64,000 nt of DNA, from NCBI GenBank assembly GCA_965279375.1, contig OZ257156.1:1632001-1696000 (forward strand). The letters run 5' to 3'. Origin of the DNA: Gemmatimonas sp. GTDB lineage: Bacteria > Gemmatimonadota > Gemmatimonadetes > Gemmatimonadales > Gemmatimonadaceae. The notes under the pieces are model-generated. The model did no database searches. It saw nothing but the letters and a program-made list of their open reading frames with translations, and was not told the DNA's origin. Each line of letters opens with the position of its first letter. Positions within the stretch are counted from its first letter, which is position 1. Positions 8,270 through 17,703 of this stretch are shown in pieces. The translations under genes were made by a program, and so were the position numbers.

Positions 8270-10117
8270 TTGACGACGTCTCATTCGCGATGGCGTAGTT
8301 CGTCGCCGCGCGCGGCGTGGATCGCCGCTCGAGCGCGCAACGCATCGCGGCGCTACTGGCGCATAGCGATCATCTCGGTGCTCGCCACGAGCGCCACCGC
8401 GCTCGCGCTCGTTCTCGTGCCGCGCACGGTCGATCGCCGATGGCGCGCGCAGCTCGACCAACTGCCGCCCACTCGCGACACGCTCACGTTACAGGCGCAA
8501 CTCGCTGCGCTCGCCGAACGCCGCGCCAACGCCGAGCGCGCCGAAGAAGCACGCGTGCGGGCAGTACTCGGCGACACGATCCTCTCCGATTCATTGCGTG
8601 CGGTGTCACCGCTGTCGTCGGCGAGCGATAGCGCGCGTGGTAACCAGGCAACGGCCGGCGTCACACCGAACGCCACGCCAATAGCGGCGGCGCCCGTGCG
8701 CGTCGTCACCGCTGCCGATGCTGCCGCCAATGCCGATCTCGCTCGTCGATTGCGTCGCGCCCGCACAGTGCCGCTCACCGAGAGCTATCGCGACCTCGCC
8801 GCATCTCCGCTGCTGCGCGATGAGCCGCGCGTCCGCGTGCTGCTCGATTCGATCGAAGCAGTGAGTCAGGAGCGCGATGCGTTTGCCGCGCTCGGTGGAG
8901 CGGATGCGCGCTATGCCGCACTGACTGCGCGACTTTCGACGCTCGGAGTGCGGCTCGTGCGTGTGGCAGAAACACGTCTCGCCGAGTCGCGCGTCGCGAC
9001 GCGTGCGACTCCGGCTCCGTCGGCACCTCCGGTACCCGCATCCTCGGCGACGGTGTCGTCGGCGACGGGCGCGAGTGCGACCAACACAGCAGCGAGTGAT
9101 ACGCCTGTTGCGACGCCCGCGCCGTCACCGAGCGATTCGCTGGCGCTCGTCGATTCCACGGCGCCTTCCAATCGCGATGTCGCGCATGACGAATTTCTGG
9201 CCGCTGAACGCGCGCGCACCGACACGCTCTTGCAGTGGACGATCGAACTCGACGCGGCGCGGCGGGAGAACGACGATCTGGTCTTGCGCCGCCGAGCGAT
9301 TCAATCGCGGTTGAGCGTCGCCGCGCCGCCGCTTGCGCTCGCGCTGGCGGCGCTTGTGGTTGGCGTCACGATTGGCTTCGCACTGGTTTTCTCGGGCGAA
9401 TTGCGGCGGCCGACCGTTGGCGACGATCGTGAGGTCGAGCGTCTCACACAGGCGCGTGTGATCGCGCGACGCCCGCAGAAGAGTGCGACGCGTCGCAAGG
9501 CCGTTGAATCGCTCACGCAGCTGCTGGACGAGGATCGCACGGCGTATGAACTGCTGCACCTCACGCTCACCGGGATCGGGGAAGTGGCGCGTCGCGTGCA
9601 CGTGATCGCGGACGATCCAACGTTGGCGACGGTGGTGGCATTGAATCTCGCGGCGACTGCGGCGCGGGACTCGCGCGTGACGTTGCTCGTTGAGGATCCG
9701 ATGGCGCGACTCCCGATGGAGCGACTCCCGATGGAGCGCGTGTCGATGGATGCTGCACGCGGTCCAACGCCACCGGACGCGCAGCCGTCGCCCGCGCTCG
9801 CGCGCACGGTCACGCTCTCGCGAGATACGTCGATCGGCGTGCTGACGGCGGCCACGCCCCAGGTGGAACGGCTGGCGACGGCGGATCGTTACGACCTCAC
9901 GTTGATGCCGGGTGATGCCGCGTCGATTGGCCGCGCCACCGCGTCGGGGTTGATTGCGCCGGATGTGTTGCTGTGCGTGCGACCTGGCGTGACCTCACTG
10001 GCGTGGTTGACCGCGGTGTCGCGCCAGACGCGCGCGTCGGGGCAGCGCGTTCGCGCCGTCTTGCTCTGGACCAGCGAGACGCCGCGCGCACTTTCTCCTC
10101 TCGCGTCCCGCAACTAG
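8270..10117 (+). CDS. Membrane protein, degenerate Wzc/chain-length-determinant-like (start uncertain)
   Basis: TM helix, long helical/low-complexity region, second TM, then a tail with VALNLAATAARDSRVTLLVED, YDL and DVLLCVRPGVT resembling a BY-kinase domain without Walker A. Confidence 0.6.
   Translation: MTTSHSRWRSSSPRAAWIAARARNASRRYWRIAIISVLATSATALALVLVPRTVDRRWRAQLDQLPPTRDTLTLQAQLAALAERRANAERAEEARVRAVLGDTILSDSLRAVSPLSSASDSARGNQATAGVTPNATPIAAAPVRVVTAADAAANADLARRLRRARTVPLTESYRDLAASPLLRDEPRVRVLLDSIEAVSQERDAFAALGGADARYAALTARLSTLGVRLVRVAETRLAESRVATRATPAPSAPPVPASSATVSSATGASATNTAASDTPVATPAPSPSDSLALVDSTAPSNRDVAHDEFLAAERARTDTLLQWTIELDAARRENDDLVLRRRAIQSRLSVAAPPLALALAALVVGVTIGFALVFSGELRRPTVGDDREVERLTQARVIARRPQKSATRRKAVESLTQLLDEDRTAYELLHLTLTGIGEVARRVHVIADDPTLATVVALNLAATAARDSRVTLLVEDPMARLPMERLPMERVSMDAARGPTPPDAQPSPALARTVTLSRDTSIGVLTAATPQVERLATADRYDLTLMPGDAASIGRATASGLIAPDVLLCVRPGVTSLAWLTAVSRQTRASGQRVRAVLLWTSETPRALSPLASRN
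9698..9750 (+). repeat. In-frame 15-bp tandem repeat, about 3.5 copies (PMARL-PMERL-PMERV)
   Basis: ccgatggcgcgactc ccgatggagcgactc ccgatggagcgcgtg tcgatgga. Confidence 0.8.
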
Positions 10118-10127
10118 TCTCCGGATC

Positions 10128-10562
10128 ATGTGGGCTGACACACTGCTCGTTCTCGAGCGCGGGCACTTGCTCCGATTGGCGCTCTGGGGCGGCGGCAGCG
10201 TGCTGGCCGGAACGCTGCTGTTGGCGGTGCTGACGATGCGGCGCATCGATGCGGCGCTCCTTCGTCACTTCGCCATCCAGACGGCCGCGTGGGGCGCTGT
10301 GGACCTCGCGATCTGCGCGTGGGGGTGGCGCGGTCTCGCGCTCCGTAACTACGCCGGCGCCCAGCAGCTGCTGAATATTCTCTGGCTCAATACCGGGCTC
10401 GACGCAGGGTACGTGGCGATCGGTGTCACGCTGGCCATCACCGCGTGGCGCTGGGGCGCTCGCGCCGGCGGCATCGGCGCCGGACTTGGCATCATCGTGC
10501 AGGGACTCGCGCTTTTCCTGCTCGACTTGCGTCTCATTCTCGTCATCGGTCCCATGCAGTAG
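10128..10562 (+). CDS. Small 4-TM membrane protein of unknown function
   Basis: Hydrophobic segments; FAIQTAAWGAVD, LNTGLDAGY, GIIVQG...LLD pattern. Confidence 0.8.
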   Translation: MWADTLLVLERGHLLRLALWGGGSVLAGTLLLAVLTMRRIDAALLRHFAIQTAAWGAVDLAICAWGWRGLALRNYAGAQQLLNILWLNTGLDAGYVAIGVTLAITAWRWGARAGGIGAGLGIIVQGLALFLLDLRLILVIGPMQ

Positions 10563-10605
10563 CGCTTGGAGCGCTGAATGGCACCAATCACCACACGGCT
10601 CAACT

Positions 10606-11115
10606 ATGGAACCCGCCATCCCGGACCTGCGCGACCTTCCGCGCGCTGACGCATACGCCCGGTTGCTCGAGATGCAATCGCTGTTGCTGGACGGCGCGGA
10701 CGATCCGATCTCCGCGATGGCGACGATGAGCGCGTTGTTGCATCACGCGTTCGGTCACCTCTGGACGGGTTTCTACCGCGTGGTGACGCCGGACGCATTG
10801 CTGCGGGTGGGCCCGTATCAGGGCTCGTTGGGTTGCCTCGATATTGCCTTTGGGCGAGGAGTTTGTGGCACGGCCGCCGCCGAACGACGGACGGTGGTCG
10901 TGCCGGACGTGCACGCGTTCCCGGGGCATATCACCTGCGATCCGCGTTCTCGCAGCGAGATCGTCGTGCCCGTGTTCGACGCGCATGGCGCACTGATTGC
11001 AGTGCTCGACATCGATTCGGGCGTGCCGAACGCATTTGGAGACGACGACCGTGCGGGCCTCGAGTCGATGGTGGCTTGGTTCGCGCGGACGACGTATGTT
11101 CCGCTCCCAGCCTGA
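10606..11115 (+). CDS. msrC: GAF-domain protein, free methionine-(R)-sulfoxide reductase-like
   Basis: WTGFY, GPYQGSLGC..I.FGRGVCG, VPDVHAFPGHITCD..SRSEIVVP, LDIDS. Confidence 0.82.
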   Translation: MEPAIPDLRDLPRADAYARLLEMQSLLLDGADDPISAMATMSALLHHAFGHLWTGFYRVVTPDALLRVGPYQGSLGCLDIAFGRGVCGTAAAERRTVVVPDVHAFPGHITCDPRSRSEIVVPVFDAHGALIAVLDIDSGVPNAFGDDDRAGLESMVAWFARTTYVPLPA

Positions 11116-11140
11116 GCCTTCCCCGATCCCGACCTTGCGC

Positions 11141-11746
11141 ATGACCGGCTACTCCGATCGGATCAACCACGCGTTCGCCTTCGCCGCCAAGCACCACGAT
11201 CAACAGGTGCGCAAAGGCACGAAGCTGCCGTATCTCACGCATCCGGCCAACGTCGCCATCATTCTTGCGCGCTATGGCTGCGGTGATGACATGATCGTGG
11301 CGGGCATTCTCCACGATGTCGTCGAGGATTGCGTGCGTGACGGCTGGACGCGCGAAATGCTCGAGGAGCGCATCGGACGAAAGTTCGGCGCGAGCGTGCT
11401 CGAGACGGTGCTGACAGTGACCGAACGTCGCGTGGACGACGATGGCGTCGAGTTGTCCTACGATGATCGCAAGGACGACTATCTGTCGCGGCTCGCGATC
11501 GCGAGCGAAGACGCGCTCTGGGTGTGTGCCGCCGACAAGGTGCACAACGCCAACTCCATCCTCTCCGATCTACGTCGCACGTCGTTCCCCGAAACCGTCT
11601 GGGGGCGCTTCTCCGTCGATCGCGACGGCACGGTGCGAGGGTATCAGCGCGTGGCCGAACGTCTGCGCGAAGTAGGATTCACCGCGTCGATCGTCGACGA
11701 GCTCGAGATGGCGGCGCGTGATCTCGATACCGCGGGACGGGCGTAG
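11141..11746 (+). CDS. HD-domain protein, small alarmone hydrolase (Mesh1/SpoT-HD-like)
   Basis: AFAAKHHDQQVRKGTKLPYLTHPANVA, AGILHDVVED, ADKVHN. Confidence 0.82.
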   Translation: MTGYSDRINHAFAFAAKHHDQQVRKGTKLPYLTHPANVAIILARYGCGDDMIVAGILHDVVEDCVRDGWTREMLEERIGRKFGASVLETVLTVTERRVDDDGVELSYDDRKDDYLSRLAIASEDALWVCAADKVHNANSILSDLRRTSFPETVWGRFSVDRDGTVRGYQRVAERLREVGFTASIVDELEMAARDLDTAGRA

Positions 11747-11756
11747 CTGATCGTCA

Positions 11757-11952
11757 GGATTGGCTCGGGTGCGAGGTCGTGGATAGGAAGTGATGAACTG
11801 CCTTGCCACGGATAAGAGCAGAAACGCGCGGAAAAAGCTCGCGGATACTACGAAAACAACAATTGTTGTTCGCAGTATCCGCGAGCTTTTGTCTGTTTCT
11901 ATCAGTTCGTATCCGTGGCAGGGCAGTTCATCCCTGGTATCCGAACCAATCC
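11757..11952. repeat. Nested palindromic element, copy 1 (orphan, between convergent genes)
   Basis: Arms GATGAACTGCCTTGCCACGGATA (11792-11814) / TATCCGTGGCAGGGCAGTTCATC (11910-11932); inner arms AAAAGCTCGCGGATACT / AGTATCCGCGAGCTTTT; central palindrome AACAACAATTGTTGTT. Confidence 0.92.
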
Positions 11953-11959
11953 AGCGGGA

Positions 11960-13192
11960 CTACGCCGGCTGCAACACTCCGCCGCCATACGTCCGCTCCA
12001 CGTAGTTCTCGAGGATGACGAGGAACTCGGGCACGATGTTGTCGCCCTTGAGTGTGGTGAAGAGCTTGCCGTCCACGTACACCGGCGCCTTTGGCTCTTC
12101 GAACGTGCCAGGCAATGAGATGCCGATGTTCGCATGCTTCGATTCGCCTGGTCCGTTCACCACGCACCCCATCACGGCGACCTTCATCTCCACCACGCCC
12201 GGCTTGGATTCACGCCACACCGGCATCTGCTCGCGCAGATAGCCCTGAATGTCTTCCGCCATGTGCTGGAAGAACGTGCTGGTGGTGCGGCCACAACCCG
12301 GGCACGCGGTCACCTGCGGTGCGAACGAACGCAGCCCCAGCGACTGCAGAATCTGCTGCGCGACGAACACCTCTTCGCGACGATCGCCGTTGGGCTTGGG
12401 CGTGAGTGACACACGAATCGTGTCGCCGATTCCTTCGCTCAAGAGAATTCCCAGCGCCGCCGCCGACGCCACCACGCCCTTGGTGCCCATGCCCGCCTCG
12501 GTGAGTCCAAGGTGCAACGGATAGTCACACCGCTTGGCTAACCGACGGTAGCACTCCACGAGATCAGGCACGACGGAGATCTTCGCCGACACTATGATCT
12601 TGTCGTGCGCGAGTCCCACCTCTTCCGCCAGCGTCGCCGAACGCAATGCGCTCTCGAGCATGGCGTCCATGTACACATCCTTCGCGTCGCGCGGGGTCGC
12701 CGAGTTGGCGTTGTCGTCCATCATCTGCGTGAGCAGGTCCTGGTCGAGCGAACCCCAGTTCACGCCGATGCGCACCGGCTTGTCGTGATCGATCGCAGCT
12801 TGCACGATGGTGGTGAAGTTGGCATCGCGATGCTTCGAGCCAACGTTCCCCGGATTGATGCGGTACTTGTCCAGCGTCGCCGCGCACTCCGGGTACTTCA
12901 CCAGCAGCAGATGTCCGTTGTAGTGGAAGTCGCCGATGAGCGGGACGTCGAGTCCCATGTCATCGAGCCGCTGCCGGATTTCGGGGACCGCCTGTGCCGC
13001 CTCGTCGTTGTTGACGGTGATGCGCACCTTCTGCGAGCCCGCCTCGAACAGCTCGGCGACCTGCTTGGCCGTGGACGCCGGATCGGCGGTATCGGTGTTC
13101 GTCATCGACTGGACGACGATCGGAGCGGCGGAGCCGACCGTGACGCCGCGCACGCGGACGCTGGCGGTTTGACGACGAAGCGGAGAAGTCAC
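11960..13192 (-). CDS. ispG: (E)-4-hydroxy-3-methylbut-2-enyl-diphosphate synthase
   Basis: [55 protein letters not shown]. Confidence 0.97.
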   Translation of the reverse strand: MTSPLRRQTASVRVRGVTVGSAAPIVVQSMTNTDTADPASTAKQVAELFEAGSQKVRITVNNDEAAQAVPEIRQRLDDMGLDVPLIGDFHYNGHLLLVKYPECAATLDKYRINPGNVGSKHRDANFTTIVQAAIDHDKPVRIGVNWGSLDQDLLTQMMDDNANSATPRDAKDVYMDAMLESALRSATLAEEVGLAHDKIIVSAKISVVPDLVECYRRLAKRCDYPLHLGLTEAGMGTKGVVASAAALGILLSEGIGDTIRVSLTPKPNGDRREEVFVAQQILQSLGLRSFAPQVTACPGCGRTTSTFFQHMAEDIQGYLREQMPVWRESKPGVVEMKVAVMGCVVNGPGESKHANIGISLPGTFEEPKAPVYVDGKLFTTLKGDNIVPEFLVILENYVERTYGGGVLQPA

Positions 13193-13305
13193 AAGGAACC
13201 CTGAGCGGTGAAGAGCCGTACGGAGCGACGCGCGACCGGAGCTGTGCCCGGATCGTTGCCGCTGATAAGGTAGCGCGCCTCGCCCCTCCTCCCCAAGTTC
13301 CGCCC

Positions 13306-13791
13306 ATGGCTGATTCTTCTGGTTCCGATCGTTCGGGCGCCGACGAGCGCTCCGACGCCGCCGTCGAGAGCGGCATGTCCGAGGCGGCGACTCCCGTACT
13401 CGTGCCCAAGAAGTCCTTCGCCCGACGCAACTGGGGCAAACTCACGCTGGCGACCCTGTTCGGGCTTCCCGCGGCGACGCTGGCCATCTGGACCGCCGTT
13501 GCCATGACCTACACCTACTCCGATGGCGAGCGGGCCGGCTACGTGCAGAAGATGTCCCGCAAGGGATGGGTCTGCAAAACGTGGGAAGGCACGCTCTACA
13601 CCGACATCGCCAAGGGCTTTCGCTCGGACAGCTTCAACTTCACCGTGCGCAGCGACTCCATTGCGCACCTGGTCGACAGCCTCAGTGGCAAGCGAGTTGC
13701 AGTACGGTATGAGCAGCACGTCGGACTCCCCACCTCCTGTCTCGGGGATACGGAATATTTCGTGTCCGGGGTACGTGCCATTCCTGAATAG
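13306..13791 (+). CDS. Conserved hypothetical single-TM protein
   Basis: TM helix followed by [25 protein letters not shown] and C-GDTEYF; function unknown. Confidence 0.8.
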   Translation: MADSSGSDRSGADERSDAAVESGMSEAATPVLVPKKSFARRNWGKLTLATLFGLPAATLAIWTAVAMTYTYSDGERAGYVQKMSRKGWVCKTWEGTLYTDIAKGFRSDSFNFTVRSDSIAHLVDSLSGKRVAVRYEQHVGLPTSCLGDTEYFVSGVRAIPE

Positions 13792-13799
13792 AGGACCTC

Positions 13800-14351
13800 A
13801 TGCATAGACTGATTCGCAAAGCAGGGCTCGCTGCACTGATCGCCCCACTTCTCGTGCTTCCCGCGCTCGTGTCCGCTCAGCAGACCACGCCGGTGTCCTT
13901 TGGCGTGAGCGGTGGACTGTCGGTTCCCACGGGCAATCTCGGTGATGCAGTCGATGGCGGCTACAACATCGCCGGCCACATCTGGCTGCAGCCGCGCTCG
14001 ATCAAGTCGGTCATGTTTCGTGGTGACGTGAGCTACGACAACTGGAAGTACAAGCGCTTCAGTGCCAACTACCGCAATCTGGGCGTCACGGCCAACGCGA
14101 TCATCCATCCGGCGGTGTCCAACTCATCGGTCGTTCCGTACCTGCTCGGCGGCGGCGGTTTCTTCAACTCGAAGGCGTATACCACCTCGAGTGAGTCCAG
14201 CACGTCGACGAACCCCGGCCTGCAGGTCGGCGGCGGCATCGAGTTCAAGCTGTCTGGCTTCTCGACGTTTGCCGAAGCGAAGTTCGTCAACGCGTTCACC
14301 GATGGCAGCAACACGAACTGGATTCCGATCACCTTCGGCATTCGCTTCTAG
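13800..14351 (+). CDS. Outer-membrane beta-barrel protein (8-strand, OmpA/Ail-like)
   Basis: Signal peptide, PYLLGGGG, alternating strands, C-terminal Phe. Confidence 0.85.
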   Translation: MHRLIRKAGLAALIAPLLVLPALVSAQQTTPVSFGVSGGLSVPTGNLGDAVDGGYNIAGHIWLQPRSIKSVMFRGDVSYDNWKYKRFSANYRNLGVTANAIIHPAVSNSSVVPYLLGGGGFFNSKAYTTSSESSTSTNPGLQVGGGIEFKLSGFSTFAEAKFVNAFTDGSNTNWIPITFGIRF

Positions 14352-14487
14352 TCGCGACGAAGGCGGCGCCTAACCAGCGCCCGCCTGCACCACATCGCGA
14401 GTTCGGACTGACCCGAATTCGCGCCACATCTCGGGGCCAGCCGCATTGCAGTAGCGGTTGGCCCCGACGTGCTTGCACTATTCGCCC

Positions 14488-15789
14488 ATGCACGACTCCG
14501 CTCAACCCGTCATCATCGTCGGCGCTGGTGTCGCTGGCCTCGTCTGCGCGATTGAATTGCAGCGCGCCGGACGTCCGGTCGTTCTCCTCGAAGCCGCCAA
14601 CGATGTCGGCGGACGCGTGCGTTCGTCGCTGATGAACGATGTCGTCGTGGACCACGGCTTTCAGGTCCTCTTCACGGCCTACCCGACGCTCGGCGAGTAT
14701 CTCGATCTCGATGCCCTGTCGCCGCGCAAGTTCCTGCCGGCAGCGCGCATCGTGCGCGATGGTCAGGTCTCGCTCATCGGAGACGCGCTGCGGGATCCCG
14801 CGCTGCTGCTCGATACCGTGCTGGCACGCGCGGTGTCCGTGGGTGACAAGCTGCGGCTGCTCGCGCTCCGACGCTTCGCACAGCAGCTCTCCATCGATGA
14901 ATGCTTCAGTGCACGCTTTGCGAATGTGACGACGCGCGCATTTCTCGAGTCGCGCGGATTCGGCAAAGGCGTCATCGACGGCTTCTTCGCGCCGTTCTAT
15001 GGCGGCATTCTGCTCGATCGGACGCTCGCCACCAATGCGTCCATCCTGCTCTTCACCTTCAAGATGCTCGCCGCCGGCGACACCGTCGTGCCGGCGCGTG
15101 GAATGGGCGAGATCACCGCACAGCTCGCGTCGAAGTTGCCGCGCGGTTCAGTGCGGGTAGGTGTGGGCGTGCGTGCGATCGAAGCGAAGGATGGCCGCAT
15201 TTACGGCGTACTGCTGGAGGACGACAGTCGCTTCGAAGCGGCGGACATCGTACTTGCCGCCGAACCGCCGGCCGCCGCACGTCTCGCGGCCACGGCCGGC
15301 ATCTCGCTCGTCGTGCCCACTGGCGACGCACGTGGATGCACGACGCTCTACTACACGACCCAACGCTCGCCGCTGCCGGGCAAGGCGCTGTGGCTCAATG
15401 CGGAGCCCAACGCGGTGATCAGTCACGCCGTCACCCTCACCGATGTCGCCCCCGAGTATGCGATGGGGCAACAGCTGCTGGTGGCCACCGCGCTGGGCGA
15501 TGCGGCCAACCTCTCCGACGATCAGCTGGATACGGCGGCGAGACGCGAGATCGCCGCGATGGCCGCAGCCAGCGGCGATCGCGCGGCGACCACGTTGACA
15601 CGTCTGGCGATCTGGCGTGTACCATACGCTCAGTTCGCCCAGCCTCCGGGATGGCGCGATCAGCGTCCCACCATCGCCTGCGGCCTTCCGGGCCTCTGGC
15701 GTGCAAGCGAAGTGCTTCACAGCAGCTCACTCGAAGGGGCGGCGCGCGGCGGACAGATGGCCGCGCGCGCTATCATCCAGCCGCGCTGA
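14488..15789 (+). CDS. FAD-dependent oxidoreductase (amine oxidase/phytoene desaturase-like)
   Basis: IIVGAGVAGL, EAANDVGGRV, DHGFQV, SSLEGAARGG. Confidence 0.88.
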   Translation: MHDSAQPVIIVGAGVAGLVCAIELQRAGRPVVLLEAANDVGGRVRSSLMNDVVVDHGFQVLFTAYPTLGEYLDLDALSPRKFLPAARIVRDGQVSLIGDALRDPALLLDTVLARAVSVGDKLRLLALRRFAQQLSIDECFSARFANVTTRAFLESRGFGKGVIDGFFAPFYGGILLDRTLATNASILLFTFKMLAAGDTVVPARGMGEITAQLASKLPRGSVRVGVGVRAIEAKDGRIYGVLLEDDSRFEAADIVLAAEPPAAARLAATAGISLVVPTGDARGCTTLYYTTQRSPLPGKALWLNAEPNAVISHAVTLTDVAPEYAMGQQLLVATALGDAANLSDDQLDTAARREIAAMAAASGDRAATTLTRLAIWRVPYAQFAQPPGWRDQRPTIACGLPGLWRASEVLHSSSLEGAARGGQMAARAIIQPR

Positions 15790-15812
15790 CCACCTCACGA
15801 ACACACGCTGTC

Positions 15813-16379
15813 ATGCGAAAGACTCTCTCCTCCGTCGCACTGGCGTTACTCCTCCCGGCCGCACTCGCCGCGCAATCTCTACGCGAGCAGACGCGCGCGG
15901 TACGCACCGACTCGCCGAAGCACGTCATTGCCGTCAATCCGTTCCTCCCGCTCTTTGGGTACTTCCAGGGCGAGTTCGAGACTCGTCTCAACGCCAACGT
16001 CGCGTTCGCGATCGCCGGATCGCATGTGGAATGGGATAACGACCGCTACACCAACCTCGACGCGAAGCTGCGACTCTATCCGCAGGAGCGTGCGCTGCAG
16101 GGACTGGGACTTGCTGCATCGGTCGGTGTCGCCAACATTCGGCGCGCATCGTACCAGGACTGCAGCTTTCTGACCCCCGATTGCACGACCGTCGCGAAGC
16201 GCAACATCGGCGCGCCCACCTTCGCCGTCGAAGGGCAGTACCAGTGGCTCCTCGGCAGCAAGCGCGCCACCGCCGTGAGCACCGGCTTCGGCGTCAAGCG
16301 TTACTTCGTGGATCGCGATGACCTGAATGGCGATCGCGTTCGTCCGACCTTCAAGCTCGCGATCGGCTACGCGTTCTAG
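15813..16379 (+). CDS. Small outer-membrane beta-barrel protein, paralog A
   Basis: Signal peptide, NLDAKLRLYP, YQWLLG, C-terminal GYAF. Confidence 0.8.
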   Translation: MRKTLSSVALALLLPAALAAQSLREQTRAVRTDSPKHVIAVNPFLPLFGYFQGEFETRLNANVAFAIAGSHVEWDNDRYTNLDAKLRLYPQERALQGLGLAASVGVANIRRASYQDCSFLTPDCTTVAKRNIGAPTFAVEGQYQWLLGSKRATAVSTGFGVKRYFVDRDDLNGDRVRPTFKLAIGYAF

Positions 16380-16420
16380 TGCATCGCTGCACTGCACGGC
16401 TCGGGGGAGGGGCACGCGTG

Positions 16421-17017
16421 ATGGCCGCGCTCGGAATGCTTGCGCTCGTCGCAGCTACAGTCGCCGTACTCACGCCGACGGCGGCCCTCGCGCAGAACGG
16501 TGCGTCGCAGCGAACGGTCACACCGGACACGGTGCTGATGCCGACACGTGCCTTGTCGATCAATCCGTTCCTGCTTCTCTGGGGCAACGTGCAGGCGGAG
16601 TTCGAGCAGCGCATCAACGTTCGGTCCGCGTTCGCGGTCTCCGGCTCATCGATGCGCTTCGGCTCCGACCTCCGATACAACAATCTCGACGCCAAGCTGC
16701 GCTTCTATCCCGCCGAGGGCGCGCTGGAGGGGCTCGGTGTCGCGGCGGCGGTTGGTGTAGGTCAGCTGCGACGCGATCTCACCTACTACACCTGCGCTGG
16801 CACCGGCATCGAGCCTGCTTGCAGTCTCGGCAAGAGCAGTGTCACCGTACCCACGTTCTCGATGGAAGCCACGTACCAGTGGCTGCTCGGTCAAAAGCGC
16901 GCCACCGCCGTCGCCGTCGGCTTTGGTGCCAAGCGTTACTTCGCGTCGCGAGACGACTTCCGCAGCGAGTGGCGCACCTGGCCCACCGGACGGCTCACCA
17001 TCGGTCGCGCCTTCTGA
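16421..17017 (+). CDS. Small outer-membrane beta-barrel protein, paralog B
   Basis: Signal peptide, NLDAKLRFYP, YQWLLG, C-terminal GRAF; clear paralog of the upstream gene. Confidence 0.8.
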   Translation: MAALGMLALVAATVAVLTPTAALAQNGASQRTVTPDTVLMPTRALSINPFLLLWGNVQAEFEQRINVRSAFAVSGSSMRFGSDLRYNNLDAKLRFYPAEGALEGLGVAAAVGVGQLRRDLTYYTCAGTGIEPACSLGKSSVTVPTFSMEATYQWLLGQKRATAVAVGFGAKRYFASRDDFRSEWRTWPTGRLTIGRAF

Positions 17018-17040
17018 CGCGACATTCGCTTGTTTGTGCT

Positions 17041-17076
17041 TGCGCTGGAACCTGCGTTGGAACTTGCGTTAGAACT
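17041..17076. repeat. 12-bp tandem repeat x3 spanning a stop codon
   Basis: tgcgctggaacc tgcgttggaact tgcgttagaact. Confidence 0.75.
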
Positions 17077-17614
17077 TGAAGCCCAATCCGGCGAACACGA
17101 GCGGGACGTCACCAAGTCCAATCTGCCCGGCTGCGCTCACGCGTGACGAAAGCCAGTAACGCGCACCGACCTGCATCCCTACACCAAAGCCGAGATCACT
17201 GATTGCGCCGGTCGCCGCGCTGGTGATGTCCGCACTCGTGCGCAACAGCCCGGCGCTCGCGCCAATGTACGAATCGAGCTTCGGGTGTCCGGCGGTCGTG
17301 AGATGCAGATTGCCCGTCGCCAGCAGTGGAATGATCAGCTGCGTTGTCTTCACGCTGCGTTCGGTCTTCGAGTCACGCTCCGCACCCACGAACGCACCAA
17401 CACCCAAGTGTAGGTGCGCGCCGAGCGATGCCACGCCCCACTCGACGGTCGCACCACCGCCCAGTCCATCAAAGGCGCCGCCGGCCATCACGCCAAACGA
17501 GAGCACGCGCGTGCCTTTCGCGAAATTCGGCGCGGTAGACTGCGCACCAACGAGCGTTGGCGCGATCAGTGCCAGCGCGCATGCAGAGATCAGCGTTCGG
17601 AGTGAGTGCGTCAT
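17069..17614 (-). CDS. Outer-membrane beta-barrel protein
   Basis: GGAGA RBS, signal peptide MTHSLRTLISACALALIAPTLVGAQ, VGARYW, C-terminal GFKF. Confidence 0.8.
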   Translation of the reverse strand: MTHSLRTLISACALALIAPTLVGAQSTAPNFAKGTRVLSFGVMAGGAFDGLGGGATVEWGVASLGAHLHLGVGAFVGAERDSKTERSVKTTQLIIPLLATGNLHLTTAGHPKLDSYIGASAGLLRTSADITSAATGAISDLGFGVGMQVGARYWLSSRVSAAGQIGLGDVPLVFAGLGFKF

Positions 17615-17703
17615 CGTGTGGTCTCCAATTGCAAGGACAGGGCAATGCTGCGTCATGCTCGCAAGCCGGGAGTTCGCGAGTGCGGGTGGTCGTGCGTGAC
17701 TGA

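Noticed and set aside
8077..8298. Short ORF MANPSLLH... as a frameshifted N-terminus of the 8270 gene
   Set aside because: An in-frame TTG at 8270 explains the gene without a frameshift; no supporting motif.
11790..12005. ORFs MMNCLATD... (and the similar 35174-35419 MNCSATD... and 23861-24325) that look like a small protein family
   Set aside because: The similarity comes from translating the shared palindromic repeat; no RBS is evident and they overlap real genes.
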